The notes under the pieces: model-generated
Databases searched by the model: none
The model's input: the letters and a program-made list of their open reading frames with translations, nothing else
Told to the model about the DNA's origin: nothing
Position numbers and translations under genes: made by a program
From: an uncultured virus (IMG/VR IMGVR_UViG_3300031993_000020)
Taxonomy: Duplodnaviria > Heunggongvirae > Uroviricota > Caudoviricetes
Length of the DNA: 64,000 nucleotides
Reading direction: 5' to 3' (one strand)
IMG/VR virus record: IMGVR_UViG_3300031993_000020
Part shown: one piece after another, positions 48,620 through 58,431 of the stretch
How positions within the stretch are numbered: the stretch's first letter is position 1
How the letters are laid out: every line of letters begins with the position of its first letter

Positions 48620-49831
48620 TTAAGGTCTATCATCTGTAGGAACGAATCTGGGTGTATTATCATTATACTCAAACCAGATGTGCTCCTGTTGATTTTTATT
48701 ATCAAATATTGGGATACCCAATAATACTTTTCGAATTTCGGGATAATCACGTGCTACCCGATATATTGTCATAACTATCTTAATATTTGAAGAGAACCTG
48801 TAATGTCCTTTATTTCCTTCATTCATACTGGTGCCAACATTTAAATCATCACTGCCGTCAGCAGTAGCACCACGATCCCAATGAGCAGTAAATTTCATTG
48901 TTCTGTCTGTATTAGGGAATTTTAATGTACCTACAGTATTGTCAGATAAAAATTTGTTTATCTGATAATCAAATCGTCTTCTGGAAAATTTTAACAGATC
49001 CGCTGTATGATACTCAAAATCTATCTGTAATGTAGTCGTCATTACAGAACCATAAATAGGATCATCATATACCGGCGTCGTTAATAATGAATTATTAAAC
49101 TCACCCATCTGAGCTTTGTATTTAAAAAATTCATTATATGTTGAGTCATCCAAATCTGAGTCTACATTGTAAAACTGTACGTTCGGATAATTCTGTCTTA
49201 ATTGTTCAATAAAGGAAGCAATATAATCAGCCTCTTCTATCAACAATCGATCTTCCGTTAATTTAATTACGTTATGACTGTCCAGTTTTGTTTTGTTACA
49301 ACGATTCAATATAATACCGTATATTGAATCTAAATGTGCATCTGCATCGACATCTATTACATAAAATAGCCCAGAGTTATTTAATAACTCCACGTAATCT
49401 TCAATAGACATATCGCAGTTGAGCTTTATGAGAATATTATCTTTTTCCCTTACCACTTCCGGCATAATCGGTGGGTCCTTAACGACGTACTGATTGATGG
49501 ATATATCAATCGATCCATCGGCTACTGCCATGTGAAACCCATTAATTACAACTGAACGATATAAGAGGTACGTACCTACTTCTATAGGAACCTTGTCGTC
49601 CTCAAGAGTGTACTTTTTCTTGATAATATTGCTACCCAGCTCTGCACACGTTACATTGTTTATATCGGGTACTGTGATTTTTGTGAGTTTATTCTGAAGG
49701 TCATCTTCTATCATTACCATCGGTACTGTAGGGTCTTCGATAAACTCTATAGCTGTAAATTTTGATTTCAGGACGACGTTAAAGATAGATAGATAGTAGG
49801 TCGAGCTGTGTTTTAACATGCTGCCCTCCAC
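48620..49831 (-). CDS. Putative tail terminator/neck protein
   Basis: Directly upstream of the sheath; call is from synteny only. Confidence 0.4.
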   Translation of the reverse strand: MEGSMLKHSSTYYLSIFNVVLKSKFTAIEFIEDPTVPMVMIEDDLQNKLTKITVPDINNVTCAELGSNIIKKKYTLEDDKVPIEVGTYLLYRSVVINGFHMAVADGSIDISINQYVVKDPPIMPEVVREKDNILIKLNCDMSIEDYVELLNNSGLFYVIDVDADAHLDSIYGIILNRCNKTKLDSHNVIKLTEDRLLIEEADYIASFIEQLRQNYPNVQFYNVDSDLDDSTYNEFFKYKAQMGEFNNSLLTTPVYDDPIYGSVMTTTLQIDFEYHTADLLKFSRRRFDYQINKFLSDNTVGTLKFPNTDRTMKFTAHWDRGATADGSDDLNVGTSMNEGNKGHYRFSSNIKIVMTIYRVARDYPEIRKVLLGIPIFDNKNQQEHIWFEYNDNTPRFVPTDDRP

Positions 49832-49835
49832 TTCT

Positions 49836-50597
49836 TTAAGATCTTGTCCGCCATTTATCGTAAATACAGCTTGTTTTCAATCTGTTCTCATCTACTCTTG
49901 TCTGTAAACGAGAGATGATATCATCTAATTGTAACTGACCGGAAAATCCTTCCAGTGTAATCATCTTTGAATACATCTGAATTCTGGTCAGCACATTCAG
50001 ACTTACCTGATCAATAAAATAATCTGGATCCTGTACTAGATACACACCGGATGTGCTTGTCCAGACAGGAACCTGTTCCGTAGCAGATTTTGAGATCTCA
50101 TGTCTGTACGGATATTGCGTATAGTAATGAATCTTGTAAGTGCTCCACATTGAAGAAAAACGACCAGTAACCTTATCGTAGTTCCACTGTGAAGCAACAC
50201 GAACCTGCGGCATATTATACACCGTATTGGTCATGTGAATGATTGCTGTCGGAAAGAATTCAACTTCTGAAGCTGGAATCTTTTCGTCAATCCAATCAAA
50301 GAAATTATTTTTGAACATATAAGGTTCGTCTGCATCCAGATCGAACATCATCTGAATTTCCAGAGCATTATACTCTTCAAATTCATTCTTTCCCTCAAGA
50401 ACAAGATCAGCGAAGTTCTGCATACCATCAATCTTGTTGCTAGCAGAACCACCACCAAGCAGAGAATAGAGGTCTGTACAGAAAGGTAAATTACGCCTGC
50501 GGATAATATTATGAATCTTATCCATCGGTAAAAAAGTGTTATCACAAGCTCTGAGAAGATTCTCACAGTTTGTACAATAGGCACCACCTATATTCAT
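49836..50597 (-). CDS. Putative neck (head-tail adaptor) protein
   Basis: C-term YSKMITLEG..GQLQLDDI resembles gp13-like neck proteins; synteny. Confidence 0.4.
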   Translation of the reverse strand: MNIGGAYCTNCENLLRACDNTFLPMDKIHNIIRRRNLPFCTDLYSLLGGGSASNKIDGMQNFADLVLEGKNEFEEYNALEIQMMFDLDADEPYMFKNNFFDWIDEKIPASEVEFFPTAIIHMTNTVYNMPQVRVASQWNYDKVTGRFSSMWSTYKIHYYTQYPYRHEISKSATEQVPVWTSTSGVYLVQDPDYFIDQVSLNVLTRIQMYSKMITLEGFSGQLQLDDIISRLQTRVDENRLKTSCIYDKWRTRS

Positions 50598-50609
50598 AAA
50601 AACCTCCTG

Positions 50610-51194
50610 TTACCAGTATTCGTTCTCGTCTTGTCTTATTGGTTCACTTTCTTTTTGTATTAAATCTGTCGCCTTGTATTTATCGACGTATCTCAGATTT
50701 AAACGATATAGTATCCCCGCGTATGATTCCGGTTGATCGACTATTTTTAATCTGAAGAAATATTCATTCAGTTTAAAAACGATCAAATCACCTTGAGTGT
50801 ATTCGAATCTATCATCATACGGGGCATTTATAGTAATCGTATCGGAATATTGATTATCAATTTTTGTATAGGATTCAGTTTCAATAGGTAAATGCGTCCA
50901 ATAATCAATATAAGCCTCAGTATTCTGTGTAAATGTTGCTGCCTGTTTGCCGTAGGCAATAATGAATTTATCGACTTTAGAGAAGTCTGTAGGCCCCGTA
51001 GTGAGATTAGCGTCTTCTCGCTTAATCTTCTTATATAAACAGGGTCTACAGAAAACTCTGCACCAATTGGCATACATTTGCCGATTGATAATATTGTACT
51101 GAAGGAAATTCGATTGTGGATGGTTATCCATATCAAAGATACCCTGAAACCCACTGAAATCGCCATTAACATCAGGTAATCCAGATTGTGTCAT
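50610..51194 (-). CDS. Putative neck/head-closure protein
   Basis: FCRPCLY and QGDLIVF patterns resemble gp14-like proteins; synteny. Confidence 0.35.
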   Translation of the reverse strand: MTQSGLPDVNGDFSGFQGIFDMDNHPQSNFLQYNIINRQMYANWCRVFCRPCLYKKIKREDANLTTGPTDFSKVDKFIIAYGKQAATFTQNTEAYIDYWTHLPIETESYTKIDNQYSDTITINAPYDDRFEYTQGDLIVFKLNEYFFRLKIVDQPESYAGILYRLNLRYVDKYKATDLIQKESEPIRQDENEYW

Positions 51195-51221
51195 GGTTTT
51201 CCTCCAAGAAAAAATTGTAGG

Positions 51222-51851
51222 TTAGTCTGCGTCATCTAATGGATCACCGGACGATTTTTCTTCTTTGTCTGGAAGTATCGCATTCCCAATTCGTTTTCTC
51301 GCTTTATCAAACGCTGATTCTGATTGTGGCTCTGTCAACCGCTTAATTGCAGCATCAACTCTGCTTATATCACCGGTAATGCCTCTACCGTAAATATCGG
51401 CTTTTTGTGCGGAAGAACTTTGTTTTGAACTGCTTCTTACACTAGTTTTAGAACGAGATATATCTTCACTATCGTTATCTTCATCAGAAGAATCGGCATC
51501 GTCTAAAGGATCATAATCTTCGTTACCATCAGTATTGTCTGTACTTCCGGCAGAGACTTCAATACTTTTCAGTGTCCGCTCGTACAGATCTGAATGTTTT
51601 TCAACATCAGCCTCTAATAAGTCTTGTGTTTGTTTAATATAATCTGCGAGTTGCTTTTTTGCCTGTGCTTGGTCTTGTGGATCAAAATGTTTGTTCTGGT
51701 AAAAAGCTTCTCTGAATATACAAGACAAAATACGGTTACAGAGGGTATGTAATTCATTTAGCTCTTTGTTTTTATCTTCGGAATTCGGCTCAACAGTCCT
51801 AATGCGGTTTTGCAGATATCGAATACATAAGAGTAAATTCTCATCATCCAT
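51222..51851 (-). CDS. Hypothetical protein with acidic tail
   Basis: 209 aa; DPLDDAD occurs twice. Confidence 0.65.
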   Translation of the reverse strand: MDDENLLLCIRYLQNRIRTVEPNSEDKNKELNELHTLCNRILSCIFREAFYQNKHFDPQDQAQAKKQLADYIKQTQDLLEADVEKHSDLYERTLKSIEVSAGSTDNTDGNEDYDPLDDADSSDEDNDSEDISRSKTSVRSSSKQSSSAQKADIYGRGITGDISRVDAAIKRLTEPQSESAFDKARKRIGNAILPDKEEKSSGDPLDDAD

Positions 51852-53106
51852 TTGCTACACCTCCATACCGCGTATATTTAGCTTCCTGACGATCTCTATC
51901 CTGTTTTCTCTGATACATCGTTAACCCTGCAATAGCAGCGGCTCCTAAACCAATAAGACCTCCATATTTGAGACACGTATTGGTTAAAAGAGATTTTGCT
52001 TGCGGTTCCTGTTCACAGACTTTGAAAACGTTTTTGAAATCTTTCATCGAAAGGAAATCTTTGATCTTATCAATAGCACTTCCAGCAATCTTATTCTCAG
52101 AAGCGAACTTACTAACTTCCGCAGCTATAGCCTCGCCTTTATCTTTAATATTCTTTGCAAGACTCGTAGTAGCATCAGCAGAGACTCCCGCTAATTTTAC
52201 ACCACTCTTGGTTAAATCCTGAGCGACTGCCGTCATAGCGTTAGCTTCTTTAGATAACCAGTTAAAGAATCCGGCTTTATTTCCGGATTCAATCATTTTA
52301 TCAATAGAACCAAGTATAGCAGGATCAGAACCTTCCAGGATAGCTCGAGTCAATTTTACCTGAGACGAATCCAGTCCGAAGCTAGATGCGAGTCTTTCGA
52401 TTCTACTCGTTATAGCACTGAAGTCTGGTTTATACGTATAGAACTCTTTAGGTGTAATCTGTTTCTGCCAAGGCAACTTTACGACCTTACGGAAAGCTTC
52501 ACCAACTGCTCTTAGTTTAGACTCTGCGTTCTGAAAACCGGAAAATGCTTTGTTAATGTCCAACACATTCCTGTTCAGTCTAGCTACTGCATCTGATACA
52601 GCTATAACGCCTTTGTTCCCTCGTAGCTTCTCAGCTACCTCTAATTCACCTTTAATCACGTCATCAATAGCAGAAGTAAGACTATTGGCAGCGGCAGAAA
52701 GTGTTCTACGTTCATCAGCTAGTGCGTTACCACTAAAACTAGAAGCCATATCCTTGCTGTAGGTAATAACCTTGGAACTCATATTGTGAGCATTTTCCAC
52801 GAAGGAGCTCAGTGCGTCAGTATAATCCCTATAAGCCTGTCCATGAGGAATACCACTTTGTAGCTCAGTGATCGCTTTTGTACGCAATTTGGATATATTA
52901 TTAAGAGACCGATTAAAGAGCCCCTCTTTTACATCCAATATTGTACGAAAAGGAGCATTAAGCTGAAATGGAGTCATATACTCCAAGCTTTCAATAGGAG
53001 AGATAGAAGAGTACGGAGCTCCATGCCGTAAAAGCTCTGTAGCCCCATACCCTAATTCAAAATTACGTTTTTGTAAAATAGCAGGAGTTCTAATTTCATT
53101 AGCCAT
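51844..53106 (-). CDS. Helical protein with KRNF near the N-terminus and a C-terminal TM (candidate ejection protein)
   Basis: LQKRNFELG; C-terminal GGLIGLGAAAIAGLTMY. Confidence 0.65.
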   Translation of the reverse strand: MANEIRTPAILQKRNFELGYGATELLRHGAPYSSISPIESLEYMTPFQLNAPFRTILDVKEGLFNRSLNNISKLRTKAITELQSGIPHGQAYRDYTDALSSFVENAHNMSSKVITYSKDMASSFSGNALADERRTLSAAANSLTSAIDDVIKGELEVAEKLRGNKGVIAVSDAVARLNRNVLDINKAFSGFQNAESKLRAVGEAFRKVVKLPWQKQITPKEFYTYKPDFSAITSRIERLASSFGLDSSQVKLTRAILEGSDPAILGSIDKMIESGNKAGFFNWLSKEANAMTAVAQDLTKSGVKLAGVSADATTSLAKNIKDKGEAIAAEVSKFASENKIAGSAIDKIKDFLSMKDFKNVFKVCEQEPQAKSLLTNTCLKYGGLIGLGAAAIAGLTMYQRKQDRDRQEAKYTRYGGVANG

Positions 53107-54802
53107 CTAGTCCTCCCTTTACTTTTTCCCAGAGCTCTTGCGTCTTATCAAGACTGCCTTTAACAATGTCATTGTTCAAGAAATCAGTTGTTAATTTAGT
53201 ACGTACCTTATCCAGATACCCGATATAATTATTAAGACTGTCTTTCTGCTCTTTAGTGAAGCTGTTCCACTGATTCTTCGGAATGTTTGTAATCTTCAAC
53301 ATAGCAGATTCTGCACCTTTTGCAACAGTCTCTGCAAGATTCTGAGCTGTAGGAGCAGTACTATTATCAGATATAAATTTATTTATCTGGTCTACCGAAA
53401 GAGCATTGCCAATTAATTTCTGAACGAGATTGCTTGATAACGCATCTAACTTATTGTTGAATTTAACGAAATTCTCCATGTAGTTACAGATATCATTTGT
53501 AATATAGGCCTTCGCTTCTGCAGCGTTTTGCTCTATTTTATCTTCCAGCTTTCTGCTATTTTCTCTCGTAAATTCAGTACCGCGATAATAAGCACTCTTT
53601 AATAAGTCTAAACCCTGTAAGATACGATCATCAACATTCCAGAAACCTCCAGAAGAGACGATCGTTTCATTTCTTACGAGTAACATCTGATTACGGAATA
53701 AATCTTCCAAAGCATTACGGGCACTCTCTTCAGAATCACCAGAAATAAAGTCTAACCCGTTCTGTACAGTATCTGTGAAGAGTTCCTTAAAGAACGTCTT
53801 AGGACTATCAAACAGTTTGCCTACATAGCTAGAGATAGAAGAGAAAATGTCGTAAGTCTTATCATTACCTTTAGAATTAATAATTGTCGATTTATTAGCT
53901 AAAAAGTTCTGACAGCTTGTTGAAGCACTACGCATCAAATCGTCGAGGATAATTTTAGCGTTTTGGAAAGCAGCACTCGAAACTTTTCCGTCACCAGGCT
54001 CAATATTTGCCACATAGCGATACATAAAAACCAAAAGACGCCGCAGATTAATAAATTCAACCTGCTGTCTAATGACATCCTCCCAGAGTTTACTCCCAGC
54101 TAAATCAAACAGATTAGGTTCTCTGGTTTTATCGGTCCACTTTGCTAATTTACCGGCAATAATAATAGATGCCCAAGCACAAACGATACAGCGTACAAGA
54201 TCGAAGTAGCAATTAATTAATTCTGGTCTTAAAGGTGCAGGAGCAGAAGAGACCTTTTTCTGTTCAGGGTATCTGATAGCAGAAATAAAATCGTTCATCT
54301 GCTCCCGTGTAAAGCCTTTGGGAGTCTTATCGTCTCGGTCCAACCAGACCGCAAGCCCGATATTAAAACCGAGAAGACTTCTTAATTTTAAATTGCATTT
54401 GAGGAATTCTTCGAAATTATTCGCAACAGTGACAAAGCCATTATCACGGGCTTTCTGTAACGTCTTAGCTAAATAAGCTTGTTCTGCATATTCACGTTCA
54501 ACAACAGCTGTTTGAATCTGCTGATACAAAGGACTATCTTTAGAAATACCAGCTGTCAGCTCAGCCGTTCGCTCTTGAATAAAGCGATCCTTCGCTATAG
54601 CTTCAGCCGCAGGAGTACCAACAGGAGGAGGATTCTGAGCAGTATTTTGAGCGGTTAACTGAGCTTCAGCAGCAGCTTTCTTCCGAGCTTCGATCTTCTC
54701 TTGTCTTTTCTGCTTCCGTAATTCTCTCTCTCGTGCCTGTTCTAGCTGTTTAACTTGTCTTTTAGCTTGTAAGCTTGTTCTATTCTTGGATTCCTCTGTC
54801 AT
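53099..54802 (-). CDS. Hypothetical helical protein (567 aa)
   Basis: Long ORF overlapping both neighbours. Confidence 0.7.
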   Translation of the reverse strand: MTEESKNRTSLQAKRQVKQLEQARERELRKQKRQEKIEARKKAAAEAQLTAQNTAQNPPPVGTPAAEAIAKDRFIQERTAELTAGISKDSPLYQQIQTAVVEREYAEQAYLAKTLQKARDNGFVTVANNFEEFLKCNLKLRSLLGFNIGLAVWLDRDDKTPKGFTREQMNDFISAIRYPEQKKVSSAPAPLRPELINCYFDLVRCIVCAWASIIIAGKLAKWTDKTREPNLFDLAGSKLWEDVIRQQVEFINLRRLLVFMYRYVANIEPGDGKVSSAAFQNAKIILDDLMRSASTSCQNFLANKSTIINSKGNDKTYDIFSSISSYVGKLFDSPKTFFKELFTDTVQNGLDFISGDSEESARNALEDLFRNQMLLVRNETIVSSGGFWNVDDRILQGLDLLKSAYYRGTEFTRENSRKLEDKIEQNAAEAKAYITNDICNYMENFVKFNNKLDALSSNLVQKLIGNALSVDQINKFISDNSTAPTAQNLAETVAKGAESAMLKITNIPKNQWNSFTKEQKDSLNNYIGYLDKVRTKLTTDFLNNDIVKGSLDKTQELWEKVKGGLDG

Positions 54803-57638
54803 CGTTATTGTCTCCTGCTTTCCAACAATTTTCGGTAAAGTTGTAACGGGGATTACTCATCGAGTATTTGTAACGAGCAGGCATCCCTTGTAATTCAACA
54901 AGCTCATAATTTTCATTGCTGAAATTTTTACGAGCTCTGGAGAACATTTTACGGCCTTTATTCACAGACCCAGTAATATGCACCATTGCTTCACGAGTCA
55001 TAGCATCAACGTCAATACATTCAGATGGTAAACGACTGAATAGACGACCGGAGGTAACAGGTTCGATGTCTTTGTAAGAAAAACCAGCTCTAATCAAACG
55101 TTCAGCAACGCGGTTTGTAGCTCTATCTAAAGCAGTAGTTCTGGATAAGAAAGTGCCAGCAGCTGCTTTGGCAATATTTCCGAGGCTTTCTTTGTTACGC
55201 AGAATAGTACCAAGACCACCCCACAACATTTTGTCTACCATCGGATTGTCTTTCATTAATTTATTACCAATCACCCTATCATAAACGCTCATAAGTTTAT
55301 CTTGAGGCAATTCGGCAACAATAATGTCAACCATACCATTTGTAGCAGCCTGACGGAACATTTTAGCATTAGCTTCCTTGTCAAGAATCCGCTGTTTAGC
55401 AATTAAATAATCAGTATCTCTGCCAAGATTCTGCATCTGATACTGAGCCGCGATATCCTGTCTAGCCTGTTCTAAAGCAACCTCGTCCTGCATGTATTTG
55501 TCGCGCAGTTGAATTTCTTGCTGTTTGTGCCAATCAGCGTCTTCCGCTTCTTTCTGATGATCATATTCTTTGAACATCTCTTCCAGCTGACGACGCTGTG
55601 CTCCAGCAGTAGCCTGTTTCATCAATGCCAAATGCTGGAACTCCGGACGAAGGCCGATGAGGTCCTCTTGAGCTTTCTTATAAGCTTTTTCCTCAGGAGT
55701 TTCTTTGGAAGAACCACTCAAAAGACTCTTGAACTGCTTATATTCTTTATAGCCCTCGTCATCATCACGACTTTTTGGTTTAATGTCATGTTCATCGTTG
55801 CTGTGATTCCGATCATCACGACTATCGAAATTCTTAGCTACTGGAGCCTCTTCAGTTGCCGGAGCATTGTCAGACACTGGGGCCTCTTCAACTACGATCT
55901 CTTCTTTTGGAAGCATTAAATCAGCAAGCTCTTTCTTGTACTGACTACTGGTCTCACAACCAATAACATCAGTAAACTCTTTCTGCTTGGCTAACAAATC
56001 AGAAATAACTTGAGCCCCTTCGGCAATCTTTTCATCCAACTCGGCGTTCTTCTGCTCGTACTCCTTACAGGCCTCATTAATCTTCTCGTCAGTAGCAGCA
56101 TTACCAGTCAATTTCATCTGTAATTCATCGATGATTTCCTGATTCTGCTCTTTTAACCCCAAGCTAGCTTCGTATTCATTTGTACGGGCCTCTAATTCCT
56201 CCATTGTAGCGACATATTGATTAGTAAGGTCATCTACAACGGCGGTAGCGATCTCCGCAATCTGAGACGCCGTAGCGGCTTTATCGAGAGGCTGACTAGC
56301 AGCGAAGTTCTTTGAACGAGCTTCGTTCTTGTATTCAATCTCTGTAGCCCAATAAGAAATCAGAGCATCAATATCTGACATAATATCAGAACTGTATTTA
56401 CGACAACGGCGTAAGGCACCGAGAATAATGCCGCCTTTGCGATTCAATTCTGATTCCATACGATCAATATCAACATCGCCTTCGGTAATGGTATCATAAA
56501 TACTAGACACAATAGACTGAGCATCAGAGAAATTACCAATCTGCTCGCCGACACGGATAGCCATTTCAGCTAATTTATCTACATCTTCACCGGCGCGTTC
56601 GTAAAGATCCTGTGTGATCTTATGAACAGTATCAAACTCATCACCGGCAGAATGATGATGCATGTAAAGCAGATCATTCTGGAAAAGAGACATGATATTG
56701 GCTAACTGAGCAAGAGTCAATTCATAGTCATTAGCAGTCTGTTCTTCAGTTTGTTCGATACTCTCTGTACCTTCTGCTATAGTTTCCAGATGTTCCTCTT
56801 CCGCAGGAGTCTTATCATCTGAATCAGCAAAATTTTTCGGAGCAGAGAAGTAATACTGTAATTCCGGAGGCTCTTTCATGACAAGATCAGTTACAAAAGC
56901 CTGAATGTTTGGAAAACTATGACCATTACCCATGCGGTCTTCTATACTAAAAGCACCGCTGTGAAGATAAGGTTCAGTCTCCACCACATAATCCAGAGAG
57001 CCATTAGAAATCAGAACATGAGATTCATCGTAATTATTAGCCTCAAAGCCATGTTCTCTTAACAGCGGTTCGTTATTCAGCATATCAATTACAGAACTGT
57101 TCTCGCGATCGAAATTACGAGACTTCCGATTAAAGTAAACAGCGTTCTGACTGTTGTCCTGAGCAGCTACTCTATGAGCAGACTCATATTTATCTTGGGT
57201 AATATAATCACCAATACGCTGTCTCTGAACAGTATTCTGAGGCACTCTACCAGGCTCTTTATGCTCTTTTGAAGGCGGAGCATCATTAATCATAGCGTTC
57301 CAGTCACCTGGTCTATTGTTTGATTTCGGTAATTCGCTGACAGTTTCAGGAGTAAGTACCTGATTGTTGTCTTCGACATTATCCATTATATATGTTTTGG
57401 AAATGATACCGTAGATCTCATTAACCGCTGGTTCAGTTATCTGCGGATTCTGAATAATATCTACAATAGCTTTATCCAAAGTGGCATCGCCGTATAAGAA
57501 CAGCGGAATTGTCTTATATTGATCCAAGGGAATAAGAGGCACCTGAGCTGCCCATTGCATAATATCGTTTTTTGTTACATTGGAGTTAATCGCAGCTAGT
57601 TTATCAACCCAATTTTGTAAATTCTCTGTATTATCCAT
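54780..57638 (-). CDS. 952-aa multidomain protein with an internal Dps/ferritin-like domain and five (K/R)NF sites
   Basis: MHHHSAGDEFDTVHKITQDLYE...DKLAE matches the Dps H..G..F...H....Y....D..AE pattern. RNFD, KNFA, KNFA, KNFD, KNFS punctuate the chain. Confidence 0.7.
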   Translation of the reverse strand: MDNTENLQNWVDKLAAINSNVTKNDIMQWAAQVPLIPLDQYKTIPLFLYGDATLDKAIVDIIQNPQITEPAVNEIYGIISKTYIMDNVEDNNQVLTPETVSELPKSNNRPGDWNAMINDAPPSKEHKEPGRVPQNTVQRQRIGDYITQDKYESAHRVAAQDNSQNAVYFNRKSRNFDRENSSVIDMLNNEPLLREHGFEANNYDESHVLISNGSLDYVVETEPYLHSGAFSIEDRMGNGHSFPNIQAFVTDLVMKEPPELQYYFSAPKNFADSDDKTPAEEEHLETIAEGTESIEQTEEQTANDYELTLAQLANIMSLFQNDLLYMHHHSAGDEFDTVHKITQDLYERAGEDVDKLAEMAIRVGEQIGNFSDAQSIVSSIYDTITEGDVDIDRMESELNRKGGIILGALRRCRKYSSDIMSDIDALISYWATEIEYKNEARSKNFAASQPLDKAATASQIAEIATAVVDDLTNQYVATMEELEARTNEYEASLGLKEQNQEIIDELQMKLTGNAATDEKINEACKEYEQKNAELDEKIAEGAQVISDLLAKQKEFTDVIGCETSSQYKKELADLMLPKEEIVVEEAPVSDNAPATEEAPVAKNFDSRDDRNHSNDEHDIKPKSRDDDEGYKEYKQFKSLLSGSSKETPEEKAYKKAQEDLIGLRPEFQHLALMKQATAGAQRRQLEEMFKEYDHQKEAEDADWHKQQEIQLRDKYMQDEVALEQARQDIAAQYQMQNLGRDTDYLIAKQRILDKEANAKMFRQAATNGMVDIIVAELPQDKLMSVYDRVIGNKLMKDNPMVDKMLWGGLGTILRNKESLGNIAKAAAGTFLSRTTALDRATNRVAERLIRAGFSYKDIEPVTSGRLFSRLPSECIDVDAMTREAMVHITGSVNKGRKMFSRARKNFSNENYELVELQGMPARYKYSMSNPRYNFTENCWKAGDNNDDRGIQE

Positions 57639-57644
57639 AAAAAC

Positions 57645-58067
57645 TTACTCCCTCAATAGCGTGTCATCCGGAACAATCGCTTTCATGCTTAAAACAAAAT
57701 CTTCAACCTCATCATATACGGCTTGAATCTGCTTTTCGTATTCATGAAGCGCATCCAGACTTTCTGAATACAGCTTATTGAACTGTGTATAAGTTAAGAA
57801 ATTATTTAAGTCGACTTCATTCTTCAGATTTTCGAGGGACTGCAGAGCTACCGCCCACTTCGAGGCAATATCCTGCGTTCCCTCTGTAATCTGAACATAA
57901 ACTTCAGAAAAGAGATCGTTTAGCTTCGTCAGCTTATACGTCTCTAACTGTTCATCCAATTCGCTTTTGGTAACCGTATATTTAGGCTTCAGAACCGTCT
58001 GCGGTTTGCCGATCAAATTCTCATAGGCATTTAATAACCGGACATCACTTCTTGTCAGCTGCGGCAT
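57645..58067 (-). CDS. Hypothetical protein
   Basis: 140-aa helical ORF, GGAGG RBS. Confidence 0.65.
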   Translation of the reverse strand: MPQLTRSDVRLLNAYENLIGKPQTVLKPKYTVTKSELDEQLETYKLTKLNDLFSEVYVQITEGTQDIASKWAVALQSLENLKNEVDLNNFLTYTQFNKLYSESLDALHEYEKQIQAVYDEVEDFVLSMKAIVPDDTLLRE

Positions 58068-58428
58068 CTTTAGCCTCCTTTGAACGTTCCATAACGAATT
58101 TTCTATACCAATCTCTGGAATTTGCTAGCTGAATATTCAGCTTTAGATTATCAATCAGCTTAATATCTTCAGCTAGATTCATCATATACTGCGAAGCTTC
58201 CAACAGAACAAGGGTGATTTCCGTATTAATATCTTCAATATCAACGGAATCATAATTCTGTGTAAGCTCCGCAGCAGTCTGTAACCGTTTGAGTAATTGC
58301 GAACCGACCATTGTAGTAGCAAGAGTATGCTGCTTCTGCTCTCTGTTGCAAATCTCAATAGCCTCAGATATTTTCTGTAACGATTGAGGCTCTGCAATAT
58401 TTTCTTTCGGTTGAAATTTTAAACGCAT
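58045..58428 (-). CDS. Hypothetical protein
   Basis: 127-aa ORF, GAGGAG RBS. Confidence 0.65.
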   Translation of the reverse strand: MRLKFQPKENIAEPQSLQKISEAIEICNREQKQHTLATTMVGSQLLKRLQTAAELTQNYDSVDIEDINTEITLVLLEASQYMMNLAEDIKLIDNLKLNIQLANSRDWYRKFVMERSKEAKDAAADKK

Positions 58429-58431
58429 AGA

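Noticed and set aside
27200..51194. Bacterial contractile injection system or tailocin rather than phage
   Set aside because: Neck-like genes, the number of novel genes and the lack of bacterial housekeeping genes favour a large phage. It is not formally excluded because no capsid gene is in the window.
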